A stretch of DNA of 64,000 nt, taken from positions 69,796 through 133,795 of the IMG/VR virus record IMGVR_UViG_3300020112_000918. One strand, written 5' to 3'. The translations under genes were made by a program, and so were the position numbers. Positions 1 to 8,672 of the stretch are shown here, one piece after another. How positions within the stretch are numbered: position 1 is the first letter of the stretch; each line of letters begins with the position of its first letter. Source of the DNA: a virus. Taxonomy: Duplodnaviria > Caudoviricetes. The notes under the pieces were generated by a model. It was not told where the DNA came from and ran no database searches. It was given only the letters and a program-made list of their open reading frames with translations.

Positions 1-308
1 CGAATACGAATGTCAACTTCTGGGTACATTCTCTTAACAGAAGCCCAACACTTTATGAATGAGGACTCGATAAGAGAATTGTAATGGAAGTTTTTGTCCT
101 TCTCGCTTACGCTAAACGACATCATCAGGTTAAAGGTAACGTTAATTGAAGAAGGATTTTTCAAAATTACTGTTGCAGGAAATTCGTTCTTCATAGTTAC
201 ATAACGCTGGATAACGAGTTCCTCTCTCATAAATTCTAAAAGACTTTTGACTTCTACCTTTGCTTGAGGTGCAGCCATTTCTTTCAGTACCCTAGGTTTT
301 CTAATCAT
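1..308 (-). CDS. hypothetical protein (runs off the window edge)
   Basis: ATG at 308 after an AAGGAG SD; frame MIRKPRVLKEMAAPQAKVEVKSLLEF... stays open to position 1. Confidence 0.7.
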   Translation of the reverse strand, partial: MIRKPRVLKEMAAPQAKVEVKSLLEFMREELVIQRYVTMKNEFPATVILKNPSSINVTFNLMMSFSVSEKDKNFHYNSLIESSFIKCWASVKRMYPEVDIRI

Positions 309-319
309 GGTTTACTCCT

Positions 320-1027
320 TTATTGAATACTCTCTAAAAGAGAACGGGTCTCTTTTATTTTCTTAACACAGGCATTTTCTTTAAAGAAAGGATCCTTGAA
401 AAGATTTTCATTCTCTTCATAGGTTTTGATTTTCTTCTCGAGAGCTCCTTCGCAAAGAATAAGGGCTTCCTCAAAAAAGTCGTTCACAATATCTTTAATA
501 ATCTTTTCTGAGTTCTGTAAAACAGGAAAGGCAACGGAACAAGGTGAAGACTTAAGCCGGAATTCATTATCCTGATATTCATCAAACATCTTATTGGTTA
601 TTATGTCTATAAGAGGTTGTCGGTTTCCTCGAGAGAGCTTTTGAATAAAATCACTTCTAGCATAGTAAGCTACTAAGATTTCTTCAAACACGCACCCCAT
701 TGTAAAGCCCGCAAAAAAGCAGCTTACGTTCAGGGACTTAATAAAATCGTGCTTTCTACGTTTAGCACAAAATCTTAAATCGACAGCAAGATCCTGATCA
801 ATCTTATCTATAGCACTACGCAAATCTTCTTTCAGGAAAGCATCATGTCTGCTTGCGTCAAGAACTTTTTTAGAACCACCTATGGTCAGACTCTTGAATG
901 AAATACCATAACTTGCAACGAGCCAAGCTACAGTTCCAACAACAATTACCAGTAAGCATCCTAATATGATTGCTTGAGGAATAGAAAGACCAGAATACGC
1001 TGTGATTACTTTATCAGCGTTTTCCAT
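320..1027 (-). CDS. membrane-anchored hypothetical protein
   Basis: 235 aa, one N-terminal hydrophobic helix, AGGAG SD. Confidence 0.7.
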   Translation of the reverse strand: MENADKVITAYSGLSIPQAIILGCLLVIVVGTVAWLVASYGISFKSLTIGGSKKVLDASRHDAFLKEDLRSAIDKIDQDLAVDLRFCAKRRKHDFIKSLNVSCFFAGFTMGCVFEEILVAYYARSDFIQKLSRGNRQPLIDIITNKMFDEYQDNEFRLKSSPCSVAFPVLQNSEKIIKDIVNDFFEEALILCEGALEKKIKTYEENENLFKDPFFKENACVKKIKETRSLLESIQ

Positions 1028-1037
1028 TTTTGTCTCC

Positions 1038-1481
1038 TTAATTCAAACTGTTTAAATAGGTTTTTACAGTATTCAGAACCTTTGCCCAGTCTACTTGTTC
1101 TGTATAATTAGGAAGTACAGGGCAGCCTACTGCACGGTCGTCGATGTAAAGATCAGCAATCATTTTTTGAGAACCTGAGCTAAACAGCTGTATTTCTTTT
1201 CCTGACAAACTTCTACACAAGAGCTTTCCGTTTACGTCGCTCATAGGAATAAAGATTTCTGTCAGGTCGTTTGCAGCTAAAAAGTCATAAACGTAGCTCA
1301 GTTCTTTTTCTTCGTTAAGATTTCGACAAGTCCAGAGAACTAAAACAACGCTGTGGCGAATACACCAGTCATAAAACTTACCGAAGCCATATGAAAGATG
1401 AGATTCTTCTATGGGAGTTCCATAAGCTGCTGGAAGTCGAATAGTTCCGTCAAAGTCTACGGATATAACTAGGTTTCTCAT
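1038..1481 (-). CDS. HAD-superfamily hydrolase
   Basis: VDFDGT motif I, LWTCR motif II, K..ADLYIDDRA motifs III/IV. Confidence 0.85.
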   Translation of the reverse strand: MRNLVISVDFDGTIRLPAAYGTPIEESHLSYGFGKFYDWCIRHSVVLVLWTCRNLNEEKELSYVYDFLAANDLTEIFIPMSDVNGKLLCRSLSGKEIQLFSSGSQKMIADLYIDDRAVGCPVLPNYTEQVDWAKVLNTVKTYLNSLN

Positions 1482-1497
1482 AAGATCTCCTTAAAAT

Positions 1498-1575
1498 AAG
1501 AACGGGGAGGATTCGAACCTCCACAATTCAGAACAGGCTACAAGTTCTAGTGTCTACCTTTTGCACCACCGTTCC
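1498..1575 (-). tRNA. atypical tRNA with a 9-nt anticodon loop (Tyr or Leu, ambiguous)
   Basis: Acceptor GGAACGG/CCGTTCT, D arm GTG-CAAAAGGTAGA-CAC, anticodon stem AGAAC/GTTCT with loop TTGTAGCCT, T arm GGAGG-TTCGAAT-CCTCC; no encoded CCA. Confidence 0.7.
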
Positions 1576-1587
1576 TGCAGTTAGTAT

Positions 1588-1917
1588 TTACGATTTTGCT
1601 TTCTTGACGACAATCGCCCCGAAGATAATATCCAGAATAATTACAACGCCACCAATAACGGATTCAATAATAGACCCAGAAATTCCGGCTACCGTTAAAG
1701 CTGCTACACCCAAAGTCATTAGTACTACAAATACCCAGCACTTCCAGCCTTTTACCTCATCTTTCATCAAGATGTCAAAGATAGAAGTTACAGCACCTGC
1801 AATAATGAGGGCAACAGCGATGATGTCTGCTACAGGCATCTTAACAAGGTATCCTACTACGATACCTGCTACCAAAAGAATAAGACCTACAATAGTCTTC
1901 CAAGAAAATTTAGTCAT
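1588..1917 (-). CDS. small four-TM membrane protein (possible holin)
   Basis: 109 aa, four hydrophobic helices, basic C-terminal tail, AAGGAGG SD. Confidence 0.65.
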   Translation of the reverse strand: MTKFSWKTIVGLILLVAGIVVGYLVKMPVADIIAVALIIAGAVTSIFDILMKDEVKGWKCWVFVVLMTLGVAALTVAGISGSIIESVIGGVVIILDIIFGAIVVKKAKS

Positions 1918-1952
1918 TTAGACCTCCTTGCTTTTCAGCTAAGAAAATAGGA

Positions 1953-1992
1953 GAAAAACAAAAAAGACCTGAAACTTTTTGTTCCAGGTCTT
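1953..1992 (-). terminator. intrinsic terminator at the end of the RNA cluster
   Basis: AAGACCTGGAAC/GTTTCAGGTCTT stem followed by a T-run on the minus strand. Confidence 0.7.
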
Positions 1993-2143
1993 CTAATACA
2001 GAGAAAACGAGAGCCTTTGGCTTTCGAACACTACCAATAGTCTACTCACCTTAGATACTCTCTAGTCGTGTCCTACTGCAGATAAGACTTTTACGTCCGA
2101 CTCAGACGGTCAAGATTTTTGGTAAGGCTCATTGACAGCACTT

Positions 2144-2210
2144 TAGGACCAAAGAGGAATTGAACCTCTAATTTCTTTGCCAAAGGAATCCTGAGACCTT
2201 GTTAGCCCTA
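2144..2210 (-). ncRNA. tRNA-like element with no D stem or anticodon loop (resembles a tmRNA TLD)
   Basis: GGGCTAA/TTGGTCC acceptor with G3.U70; perfect T arm AGAGG-TTCAATT-CCTCT. Confidence 0.55.
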
Positions 2211-2345
2211 TCCGAGTTTACGTTTCGAAAAACGAAGAGCCTTGCACTCTTGCGGAAGTTTTAGTAGCCACGTATGCGATTCTGTGGTATTTGTGCTACC
2301 CGTTCGACTTCTAAACTAGTTGTGACAAGCGACGCAGTCACATAT

Positions 2346-2410
2346 GCGGGATATCAGGTATCGAACCTGTTAGTAACTAAGTTACTCCGTAAGCCAACTA
2401 CGGTATCCCA
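2346..2410 (-). ncRNA. degenerate tRNA-like cloverleaf
   Basis: TGGGATA/TATCCCG acceptor, CCGTA/TACGG arm, AGTAAC-TTA-GTTACT arm, CAGG-TTCGATA-CCTG T arm. Confidence 0.55.
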
Positions 2411-2527
2411 AGAAAAATGCTCAAGCAAGTGGGAGAAGAGCTTGAACGTATAAGGGATGCTCCGGAGAGCACCTCCACTACTCTGTTTGTTCTTTTCCAG
2501 AAGCTGCAAACAGAGAAAAAAGCCTAG

Positions 2528-2900
2528 TGGAGCATAGGGGAATTGAACCCCTGTCCGAGAAATAGCAACGTAACTACTTTTATACGGTCGTAAGCAACCT
2601 GTTTTAGCAGATGGCATTGTTGCGTTGCCACGATGAATAACCCTGTAATTTCTCATCAGAGTGCAGGATCTGCTTAACTCACTTACTGATGATAGACCTC
2701 TCATGTTTCGCAGGATTCCCCTTAGGAAGTCTTGAAAAGGGATCTGCACCTGAGCTCACGCAGTCTCAGGGAAAGCACTGCTTACGCAGCAGCTTTCATT
2801 GAGTAATCGTTGTCGGTTACTTTAACTTGAACTGTTAAGGACGTTCTAGCCCTGACCGATAGCTAAATTCCTGATAACCCGTCGAAACCAAGAATGCCCC
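2528..2900 (-). ncRNA. ssrA: tmRNA, tag approximately (A)DNDYSMKAAA*
   Basis: 5' GGGGCATTCTTGGTTTCGACGGG, 3' GACAGGGGTTCAATTCCCCTATGCTCCA, 373 nt, internal tag frame GAC AAC GAT TAC TCA ATG AAA GCT GCT GCG TAA. Confidence 0.95.
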
Positions 2901-2907
2901 GTAGTAT

Positions 2908-3081
2908 TTAATTAGACCTGTAAGGCTTATTTCCTTCTTCTAAAGTAAGGTTACGAGCCTTTTCTTCGAATCCTCTTGATGCATTTGCATAAAAGACCTT
3001 AAGATTTCCGTCTTTTGTTTTGAGAGCTTTTGCAACGCACTTATCTCTCTGATCCATTAAGTGTTGGTAAACTGTTTTCAT
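2908..3081 (-). CDS. 57-aa hypothetical protein (not in the ORF track)
   Basis: MKTVYQHLMDQRDKCVAKALKTK..., GGAGG SD, bipartite promoter motif upstream. Confidence 0.65.
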   Translation of the reverse strand: MKTVYQHLMDQRDKCVAKALKTKDGNLKVFYANASRGFEEKARNLTLEEGNKPYRSN

Positions 3082-3097
3082 ACCGTTCCTCCAACTA

Positions 3098-3128
3098 TTA
3101 TAATTCCCCAGAGAGATAAAAAGGTTTA
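3098..3128 (-). promoter_or_regulatory. bipartite promoter motif TAAACCTTTT-N11-GGAATTATAA
   Basis: Motif recurs upstream of several genes on both strands (see findings). Confidence 0.7.
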
Positions 3129-3311
3129 ATTTTTAGCCAAAATTCTTTCCAGATATTGTGTTCTGCAAGCAAGACAAAAAGTTACTCCGTAGGTTAAATC
3201 TTTAAAGGCTACGTCTACTCGAGGAACAATTTTCTTTTCACAGTTATCACAAATTAACTCTTTTTCAAAGAATATGTTTTTAAGAGTTAATGTAGGTTTG
3301 TTTTCTGGCAT
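3126..3311 (-). CDS. small zinc-ribbon-like protein
   Basis: CDNC...CLAC. Confidence 0.55.
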   Translation of the reverse strand: MPENKPTLTLKNIFFEKELICDNCEKKIVPRVDVAFKDLTYGVTFCLACRTQYLERILAKN

Positions 3312-3314
3312 AAA

Positions 3315-3710
3315 TTAGTATCCTATGTACTGCTGAGGATTCATGCTTGGAGGTGGAAGACCCTGAGCCTTTGCATAAGCAAGGGCTACTGGCTTGTCCA
3401 TTGGAGTTTTAGGATCCCAGTAAAGTTTTCCAGAACCTGTCCAAGTAAGCATGAAAGAACCCTTGATTCCGAACTGCTGATAAATAGTCTGAAGAACAGC
3501 TCCAGCTGTCTGCATGTCAGGAACTTCTGCGACAACATTTTTCATAGCATTGATCTTTGTTTTAAGACCCATTGCAAGACAAGTGTCGTAAATGCTGTCC
3601 TGGCGAACTACATCAGTAATTTTAGGATTTACAACAGTTCCAGCTGCTTTAACGATGGCTGGAGCATCTGCTTCATGTAATCTCTGTTTTGATTCAGTTA
3701 CTCTAATCAT
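3315..3710 (-). CDS. hypothetical protein, possible internal head protein
   Basis: N-terminus MIRVTESKQRLHEA. Confidence 0.6.
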   Translation of the reverse strand: MIRVTESKQRLHEADAPAIVKAAGTVVNPKITDVVRQDSIYDTCLAMGLKTKINAMKNVVAEVPDMQTAGAVLQTIYQQFGIKGSFMLTWTGSGKLYWDPKTPMDKPVALAYAKAQGLPPPSMNPQQYIGY

Positions 3711-3713
3711 AGA

Positions 3714-4211
3714 TTATTCTCCTTGTGTATTTTCAACTTCTGAACGTTTAGCGTAGACAGAAGTATTTTCCTTGATACGATTAGGTAGAGTAAAAGACTC
3801 TGTAAATTCTTCGTCGTAGAACCATCCTTCAAAAGTTTCTGGGTTTTCTACAGAAGGCATCTTTTCAACGTCAATAAAATCCCCACAGAAAACTTCAACA
3901 GGAGTTACAAGATCTCCGTCGTAAAAGCTAACTGTCTGCATAGGAATCTCCGTGCCAATAGAAGCCAGAGCCTTAAAAATCCAGTCAAAGTCTTTACCTG
4001 CAAATTCAATAGAACGAGATTTACAGTAGATCTTGAACGTATCTGTTTCCGGAGAGTAAGATACAAAATCGTGAGTTTCTTTCTCGACCCCGTACTTGTT
4101 CTTTTCTGTTCTATAAATCTTAACAGAAGTAGGCAAAGCCTGTTTTCCTGAGTAGATTGTATTTTCCGCAGACTGCTGCTGCGCAAGTAATAATTTTCTT
4201 TGAGTGCTCAT
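3714..4211 (-). CDS. InlB B-repeat (Flg_new)-containing protein
   Basis: C-terminal TFEGWFYDEEFT...NTSVYAK. Confidence 0.7.
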   Translation of the reverse strand: MSTQRKLLLAQQQSAENTIYSGKQALPTSVKIYRTEKNKYGVEKETHDFVSYSPETDTFKIYCKSRSIEFAGKDFDWIFKALASIGTEIPMQTVSFYDGDLVTPVEVFCGDFIDVEKMPSVENPETFEGWFYDEEFTESFTLPNRIKENTSVYAKRSEVENTQGE

Positions 4212-4217
4212 AATTCT

Positions 4218-4224
4218 AAATAGG
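4218..4224 (-). promoter_or_regulatory. CCTATTT late-type promoter motif (representative copy)
   Basis: 6 nt upstream of an SD-less ATG; about 20 copies sit upstream of gene starts in the window. Confidence 0.75.
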
Positions 4225-4228
4225 CTTT

Positions 4229-5389
4229 TTAGTCTTTGAAAGCTCTAGTCTCAAGAATAGAATCCTTGACAGGTTTTACAGAAGTTCTACACAGAACCAG
4301 TCGAGTAGAAGGACGAGAACTTTCGCCGTTCCAGTTATGATAGCTCTGTTCAATAAGCCAGTTTCCTGAATAAAACTCAGACAGCTGTTCTTCTCCTTCA
4401 GCGTTTAAGCAGTTTACCTTAAGTTCTACAACTTTCCCAGCAACACAGTCAGCGTTAAAAGGAACTATACAAAGAGCCTTATCCAGAACAAACTTCATCG
4501 AAGATGAATAAAGTCCTACGTTGAGTTTTTCGTATTCTACAGCAGGATTAAACTGGCGACCGAAATAAACGTTATGGCACATTTTATTTTCAGACAGCAG
4601 AGGAATTTTGTCTACAGCATCTGCAGCAACTGATTTATCTTCTACTACGAATTCCTGATCAGCGTTAAACACTTTTCCGGAAGTTCGCATATACGGATAT
4701 ACGGAGTTACCTCGCTCATTAAACGGAAGGAAGCCCGTTATTACAGTAGATTCATCATCCTGCTCTGAAAGATTTGCCTTTAGTTCAAAAGAAGCAACTG
4801 CAGAGCTTGTTTCAAGTTTACTTACAGAGCAGAAATGAAGCACGCCTGTAAGATCTCTAAAGAATACATAAGGATTTACTTTCCCGTTATTTGCTGCAGA
4901 AAGAAGTAAATCTTTAGTAACTGCATAAGGGTCTTCAAAAGCGTAAGTAGAGATATTTCCTTTAGTTGCTTCTACATCTAATTCTGACTCGTCTGAAAAG
5001 AGTTCAGAAACACAGTCGCTTATAGGCTTTTCGATAAAAGACAACTTAGGGTTTTCCCGATTCTTAAAATAAGATTCGTGTAAAGCGTAGATCTTTAGAA
5101 CTCCGGACAAACGAGGAGCACTTCCTGCTTCTTTTATAGAGTCTCTACCGACAGAGCACCAATTAGTTTCAAGCAGCTTGTCTGAAGTTCCAAAAACGGT
5201 TTTTAGCTTTATTCCTTCCATAAAAGAGCCATACTCAAGAGCAAGCCCTGACAAGTCTGGATAAACTAGTTCAAAGTCAGGAAAAGGAGAGAAAATAGAA
5301 TCGTGAATCGAGAACCCTATCTCTTTTCGGGATAGGAATTCTGAACTTTCTTCAATAGAAACACTTACCTTAAATTCATCATCAGCCAT
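4229..5389 (-). CDS. baseplate hub / tail protein (gp27/gpD-like)
   Basis: YVFFRDLTGVLHF and C-terminal AGKVVEL...YSGNWLIEQSYH hub-type motifs; lies in the structural module. Confidence 0.6.
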   Translation of the reverse strand: MADDEFKVSVSIEESSEFLSRKEIGFSIHDSIFSPFPDFELVYPDLSGLALEYGSFMEGIKLKTVFGTSDKLLETNWCSVGRDSIKEAGSAPRLSGVLKIYALHESYFKNRENPKLSFIEKPISDCVSELFSDESELDVEATKGNISTYAFEDPYAVTKDLLLSAANNGKVNPYVFFRDLTGVLHFCSVSKLETSSAVASFELKANLSEQDDESTVITGFLPFNERGNSVYPYMRTSGKVFNADQEFVVEDKSVAADAVDKIPLLSENKMCHNVYFGRQFNPAVEYEKLNVGLYSSSMKFVLDKALCIVPFNADCVAGKVVELKVNCLNAEGEEQLSEFYSGNWLIEQSYHNWNGESSRPSTRLVLCRTSVKPVKDSILETRAFKD

Positions 5390-5399
5390 CTAAAGCTCC

Positions 5400-5705
5400 T
5401 TAAGTACGATTCTTAACGTAGAACGAATTTAGGTCACTGTTACTAGGAACATTTAGTTCTGTTCCTGGCGCCATTTCTCTACGAGAACTAATGTTGTTTA
5501 GCCAGAGTATAATATCTTCTGAGTTGTTATTGCCCCGTAAATCTGCAAAGAACAGATCAGGACGGTAGTAATTTTCTTCACGAACTATTACCTGTTCATA
5601 AGGGTCTTTTGCTACAAACTTATCTAAAGGAAGAGAAAGACAGTCGGGGTAAACAGTTCCGTCTGCTTGAGTTTGAGTAGTCATAAAATCGTAACGAGTT
5701 ATCAT
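5400..5705 (-). CDS. baseplate wedge protein (gp53/LysM-like)
   Basis: RPDL....G.....IILWLNNI......PGTELNVP signature. Confidence 0.75.
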   Translation of the reverse strand: MITRYDFMTTQTQADGTVYPDCLSLPLDKFVAKDPYEQVIVREENYYRPDLFFADLRGNNNSEDIILWLNNISSRREMAPGTELNVPSNSDLNSFYVKNRT

Positions 5706-6499
5706 TAGTTATCCTCCCAAGCTCTATTAGAAAAAATAGCCCCTACTGTTTCTTCAATAGGAATATCTTCGTGAATCGGAATTCCTGCGTCAGCTGCAAA
5801 ATCCAGCATAACTTTTTTAGTTATCCAGTAGCGATGACGGTCTTCATTCATTATCCAAGTTCCACAAGGTAAGTCTACTGTAACGGTCTGGATCCTGTTT
5901 TTCTCAAGCCAATCTCTATCTGTAAAGTCCGCATTCATATGCGTTGTTGTAGAGCAAACAACAATGTTCTTCAAAGTCTGTTCAGTTCCGTCTTCAGCTG
6001 TAGTGTCAATGAATGATTCAAGCAGTGTTTCATTAGAATCTGTCCAAAGCATCTTGGAAGTGATATATTGCAAGTCTACGTCTTCCTGACAAACAAGAAT
6101 TGCTGTATAGTTAAAGGTTGCTGGAGTTAAGCGAACTTTACGTCCAAGCTCTTCCATCCACATTCCTTCAACGTTCAGAGCTTGATTAAACCAAGTTCTT
6201 TCGTGACTTGTAGAAGCTGAATCCTGATTAAGCCGAAAAGCACAAAAAGGAAAGTCAAGAACTCCCCCATTTTTATTCCCTTTTCCCTGCTGAACAAGAG
6301 CGTTTACCTGCTGCTGACGTTTACGAAACATAAGGTCGGGAGAAGACCAGACTACTCGAGTCAAATCTCCTCCGAAGAAAGTGTCTGCAAAAAAGCGATA
6401 CACCGCAATGTTAGTAGAGAGGATATTGTTGTAAAACGGTTTTTCAAACCATCCTTTTCCCTTCTGCTGGAAAAAGCTGTCATCTCTTTTGTCAGCCAT
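5705..6499 (-). CDS. putative tail completion/terminator protein
   Basis: Size, position and DFPFCAF...TPATFNY pattern; inferred. Confidence 0.45.
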   Translation of the reverse strand: MADKRDDSFFQQKGKGWFEKPFYNNILSTNIAVYRFFADTFFGGDLTRVVWSSPDLMFRKRQQQVNALVQQGKGNKNGGVLDFPFCAFRLNQDSASTSHERTWFNQALNVEGMWMEELGRKVRLTPATFNYTAILVCQEDVDLQYITSKMLWTDSNETLLESFIDTTAEDGTEQTLKNIVVCSTTTHMNADFTDRDWLEKNRIQTVTVDLPCGTWIMNEDRHRYWITKKVMLDFAADAGIPIHEDIPIEETVGAIFSNRAWEDN

Positions 6500-6507
6500 A
6501 GGTTCTC

Positions 6508-6846
6508 CTAGTCAGCTAAAACAAGGTCGATTAAATCTTTCTTGTTCAATTCTGATATATCTCTCTTATCGTATCCTTTGTTAATCAGATAGATTTTAAG
6601 GTCAGCTACAGTTGCTTTTTCAACAAAAGCCTGACGATCATCTGGAGCTGCTTCTTCCTGTCTTTCCATAGGAGCTACTGTTTCATAAGCCCCGTTCTTG
6701 AATTCTGATACTTCAATCTGAGGATTCTTTGAACACTGCTTAAACAGTGAAGTTGAAACAAACTCATTCCACCTGTCTGAAATGAGCTTACCATCGATAA
6801 AAACTCCTCCAGGGATAGAAGTTCTTGCTTTAAAAATTGTTTCCAT
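6508..6846 (-). CDS. protein with a C-terminal HeH/Rho-N-like motif
   Basis: TVADLKIYL...G......LNKKDLIDLV. Confidence 0.55.
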   Translation of the reverse strand: METIFKARTSIPGGVFIDGKLISDRWNEFVSTSLFKQCSKNPQIEVSEFKNGAYETVAPMERQEEAAPDDRQAFVEKATVADLKIYLINKGYDKRDISELNKKDLIDLVLAD

Positions 6847-6847
6847 T

Positions 6848-7906
6848 TTAATCTCCTTGTGTCTTGCCTTTTCCAGCAGACTTTTTTGGCGTAGTTGTAT
6901 ATTTTACAGGTGCGGAAACATTCTGTCCCTGAGCCTGTGCCTGAACTACCTTCTTAGCAGAAGCATAATTAAAGGTGAATCCTGCATCGAGAATTCCCAT
7001 AGCCTTAAGCTGTTTAGATACCTTAGAGGTCATGTTGTTCAAGAAGAAATCAATGTTCATTATCAAAGCTGTCATATGCTTAGACAAGAAGTATTCTCCT
7101 CCGTGAATTTTATTCCAGTGCTTCGGAGGAATAGTAACTTCATAAATTGAAGCATCTAACTGACTTAGATTATAGGCGAATCCTTGCCAGTAAAGAGAAG
7201 GATCGTCATCCCACATCTTTATAGCACAAGCAAGCATCGCATCTTTTAGGTCTGCTGGTGTAAAAGGCTGACCATCTGGCATAGTATCTAAAAGCCATGT
7301 AAAGAACTTTTCCATGCGAAAAGTAATTCTGTAAGTTCCTGAAGGATTACGAATAAGGTTGAATCCGTTTGAAGGATCAGTTCTATATTTGGTTGTCCCG
7401 TCAGGAGTCACCTGAGACAAAAAGTCAAACTCAGCATAGTCATTAGCTCTATCTAAGTGGGAAGAAACTAATTTAACGTATTTTATTTCGTTTCCTCCCC
7501 CAAGGAGCTTTTTACGAGCTTTACGGGTTGCCTGAACTCTGGCAGAAACAGCTGCTGCTGACTTGAAATCTTTCAGATTCATGTCTTCTACAAGAATAGA
7601 AGAACTTTCTCTTAAGAACATCTGCTGGAATCTACCTGACAAGTCAATACGAATAAACAAAGCACCAAGAGGGTCTCCGTAGAATTGTTCAATAGGAAGA
7701 ATGTTTGTTAAAGACATTCTTTTTCCATAACGGAAAGGAATTACAGAAGCAAACTCATGTCTGTGACACGCTACAGAAGTAAGAGGAATGTCTGGTTTTC
7801 TACTATCAAAGAAAACAAAGTAGATACGAGTAGGAGCTCCTATAAGACGAGCGTAATATACCTTTTCAATGTTCTCTAAGCCGAGTTCCTGTTTGAGATT
7901 ATTCAT
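6848..7906 (-). CDS. hypothetical protein with a degenerate SWIM-like region
   Basis: WDDDPSLYWQG...LSKH resembles CxCxxF...CKH with the cysteines lost. Confidence 0.5.
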   Translation of the reverse strand: MNNLKQELGLENIEKVYYARLIGAPTRIYFVFFDSRKPDIPLTSVACHRHEFASVIPFRYGKRMSLTNILPIEQFYGDPLGALFIRIDLSGRFQQMFLRESSSILVEDMNLKDFKSAAAVSARVQATRKARKKLLGGGNEIKYVKLVSSHLDRANDYAEFDFLSQVTPDGTTKYRTDPSNGFNLIRNPSGTYRITFRMEKFFTWLLDTMPDGQPFTPADLKDAMLACAIKMWDDDPSLYWQGFAYNLSQLDASIYEVTIPPKHWNKIHGGEYFLSKHMTALIMNIDFFLNNMTSKVSKQLKAMGILDAGFTFNYASAKKVVQAQAQGQNVSAPVKYTTTPKKSAGKGKTQGD

Positions 7907-8417
7907 GCTTTTCTCCTTCGCACGCTTTCTGGATAGCTTCAGCTACGCTGTCGTCTACTTCCTTGAGCGAAGTAATTGGAGCACACATAAACTTACGCCA
8001 AATAAGTTCTGATGAGAAAGAACCTTTCTGGTCAAGAACTTTAAAGATAACTGGCATCTTGTTTCCGTATTCATCTGGAGTAGTGAAAAAGAAAATGTCC
8101 CCTGTCTCGATCTTATCTTCCCACTTGAAGTAGGCTTCAGTAGGAAGAATATCGTAAAAGTAAAGTGCCGAAGTATCTACGTCTGCAGAACCGTTAAGCT
8201 CTCTAAGACGAATCAAAGGCATCTCACCAGGAGGAAAATTCAAGACTGCGTTTGTAAACAGCGAGTCAATTACTGTGTCTTGCGATCCACCCCAAACATC
8301 ATACTCCCGATGGATTCTTACGATATCCATCTGTCTACCTTGTGTGAAAACATGGTAGTCGTGAAGTTTGCGAATTGCTTTTGCTTGAGATGAGTTAAGT
8401 TTTTCGTATGCACCCAT
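7899..8417 (-). CDS. putative neck / head-closure protein
   Basis: Size, structural context, ETGDIFFF motif. Confidence 0.45.
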   Translation of the reverse strand: MGAYEKLNSSQAKAIRKLHDYHVFTQGRQMDIVRIHREYDVWGGSQDTVIDSLFTNAVLNFPPGEMPLIRLRELNGSADVDTSALYFYDILPTEAYFKWEDKIETGDIFFFTTPDEYGNKMPVIFKVLDQKGSFSSELIWRKFMCAPITSLKEVDDSVAEAIQKACEGEKHE

Positions 8418-8441
8418 GTTATAAATAGGTGCTTACGATGT

Positions 8442-8672
8442 CTACAGAACTCCTGCTTTGCGCATAGCCTGTGCTGTTGCTTTAGGGTCTGCCATACCTT
8501 TGAAGTTCGTCTTTTCTCTTTCAAGATCTCTTAAAAGGGCTTTAATGTAGTGGGCTGGTTGAGAGCAAATCTCATTCCAAGTCCACCCAAAGTTTTTAGC
8601 CAAAAGATATCTTAGATTGTTTAGCCCTGATGGATTCCACCGATACAGTAGGGAAGAAATTGTAGGTCCGAA
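8442..8672 (-). CDS. startless +1-frame extension of 8596..9630 (gp51 / tail chaperone GT-like)
   Basis: 76-codon frame ...LRYLLAKNFGWTWNEICSQPAHYIKALLRDLEREK... with no ATG near its 5' end; begins at AAGGAG-C-TTT-CCC-TTT-CGG. Confidence 0.65.
   Translation of the reverse strand, partial: FGPTISSLLYRWNPSGLNNLRYLLAKNFGWTWNEICSQPAHYIKALLRDLEREKTNFKGMADPKATAQAMRKAGVL

Noticed and set aside
2346-2410. Ochre suppressor tRNA (TTA) and stop-codon recoding
   Set aside because: TTA sits in a 3-nt loop (or a 7-nt loop lacking U33) and the geometry is non-canonical. TAA is the main stop, genes are intact in the standard code, and the gene breaks change frame rather than reading through stops.
2354-2749. 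131-aa ORF
   Set aside because: Overlaps the tmRNA and a tRNA-like element and has no protein features.
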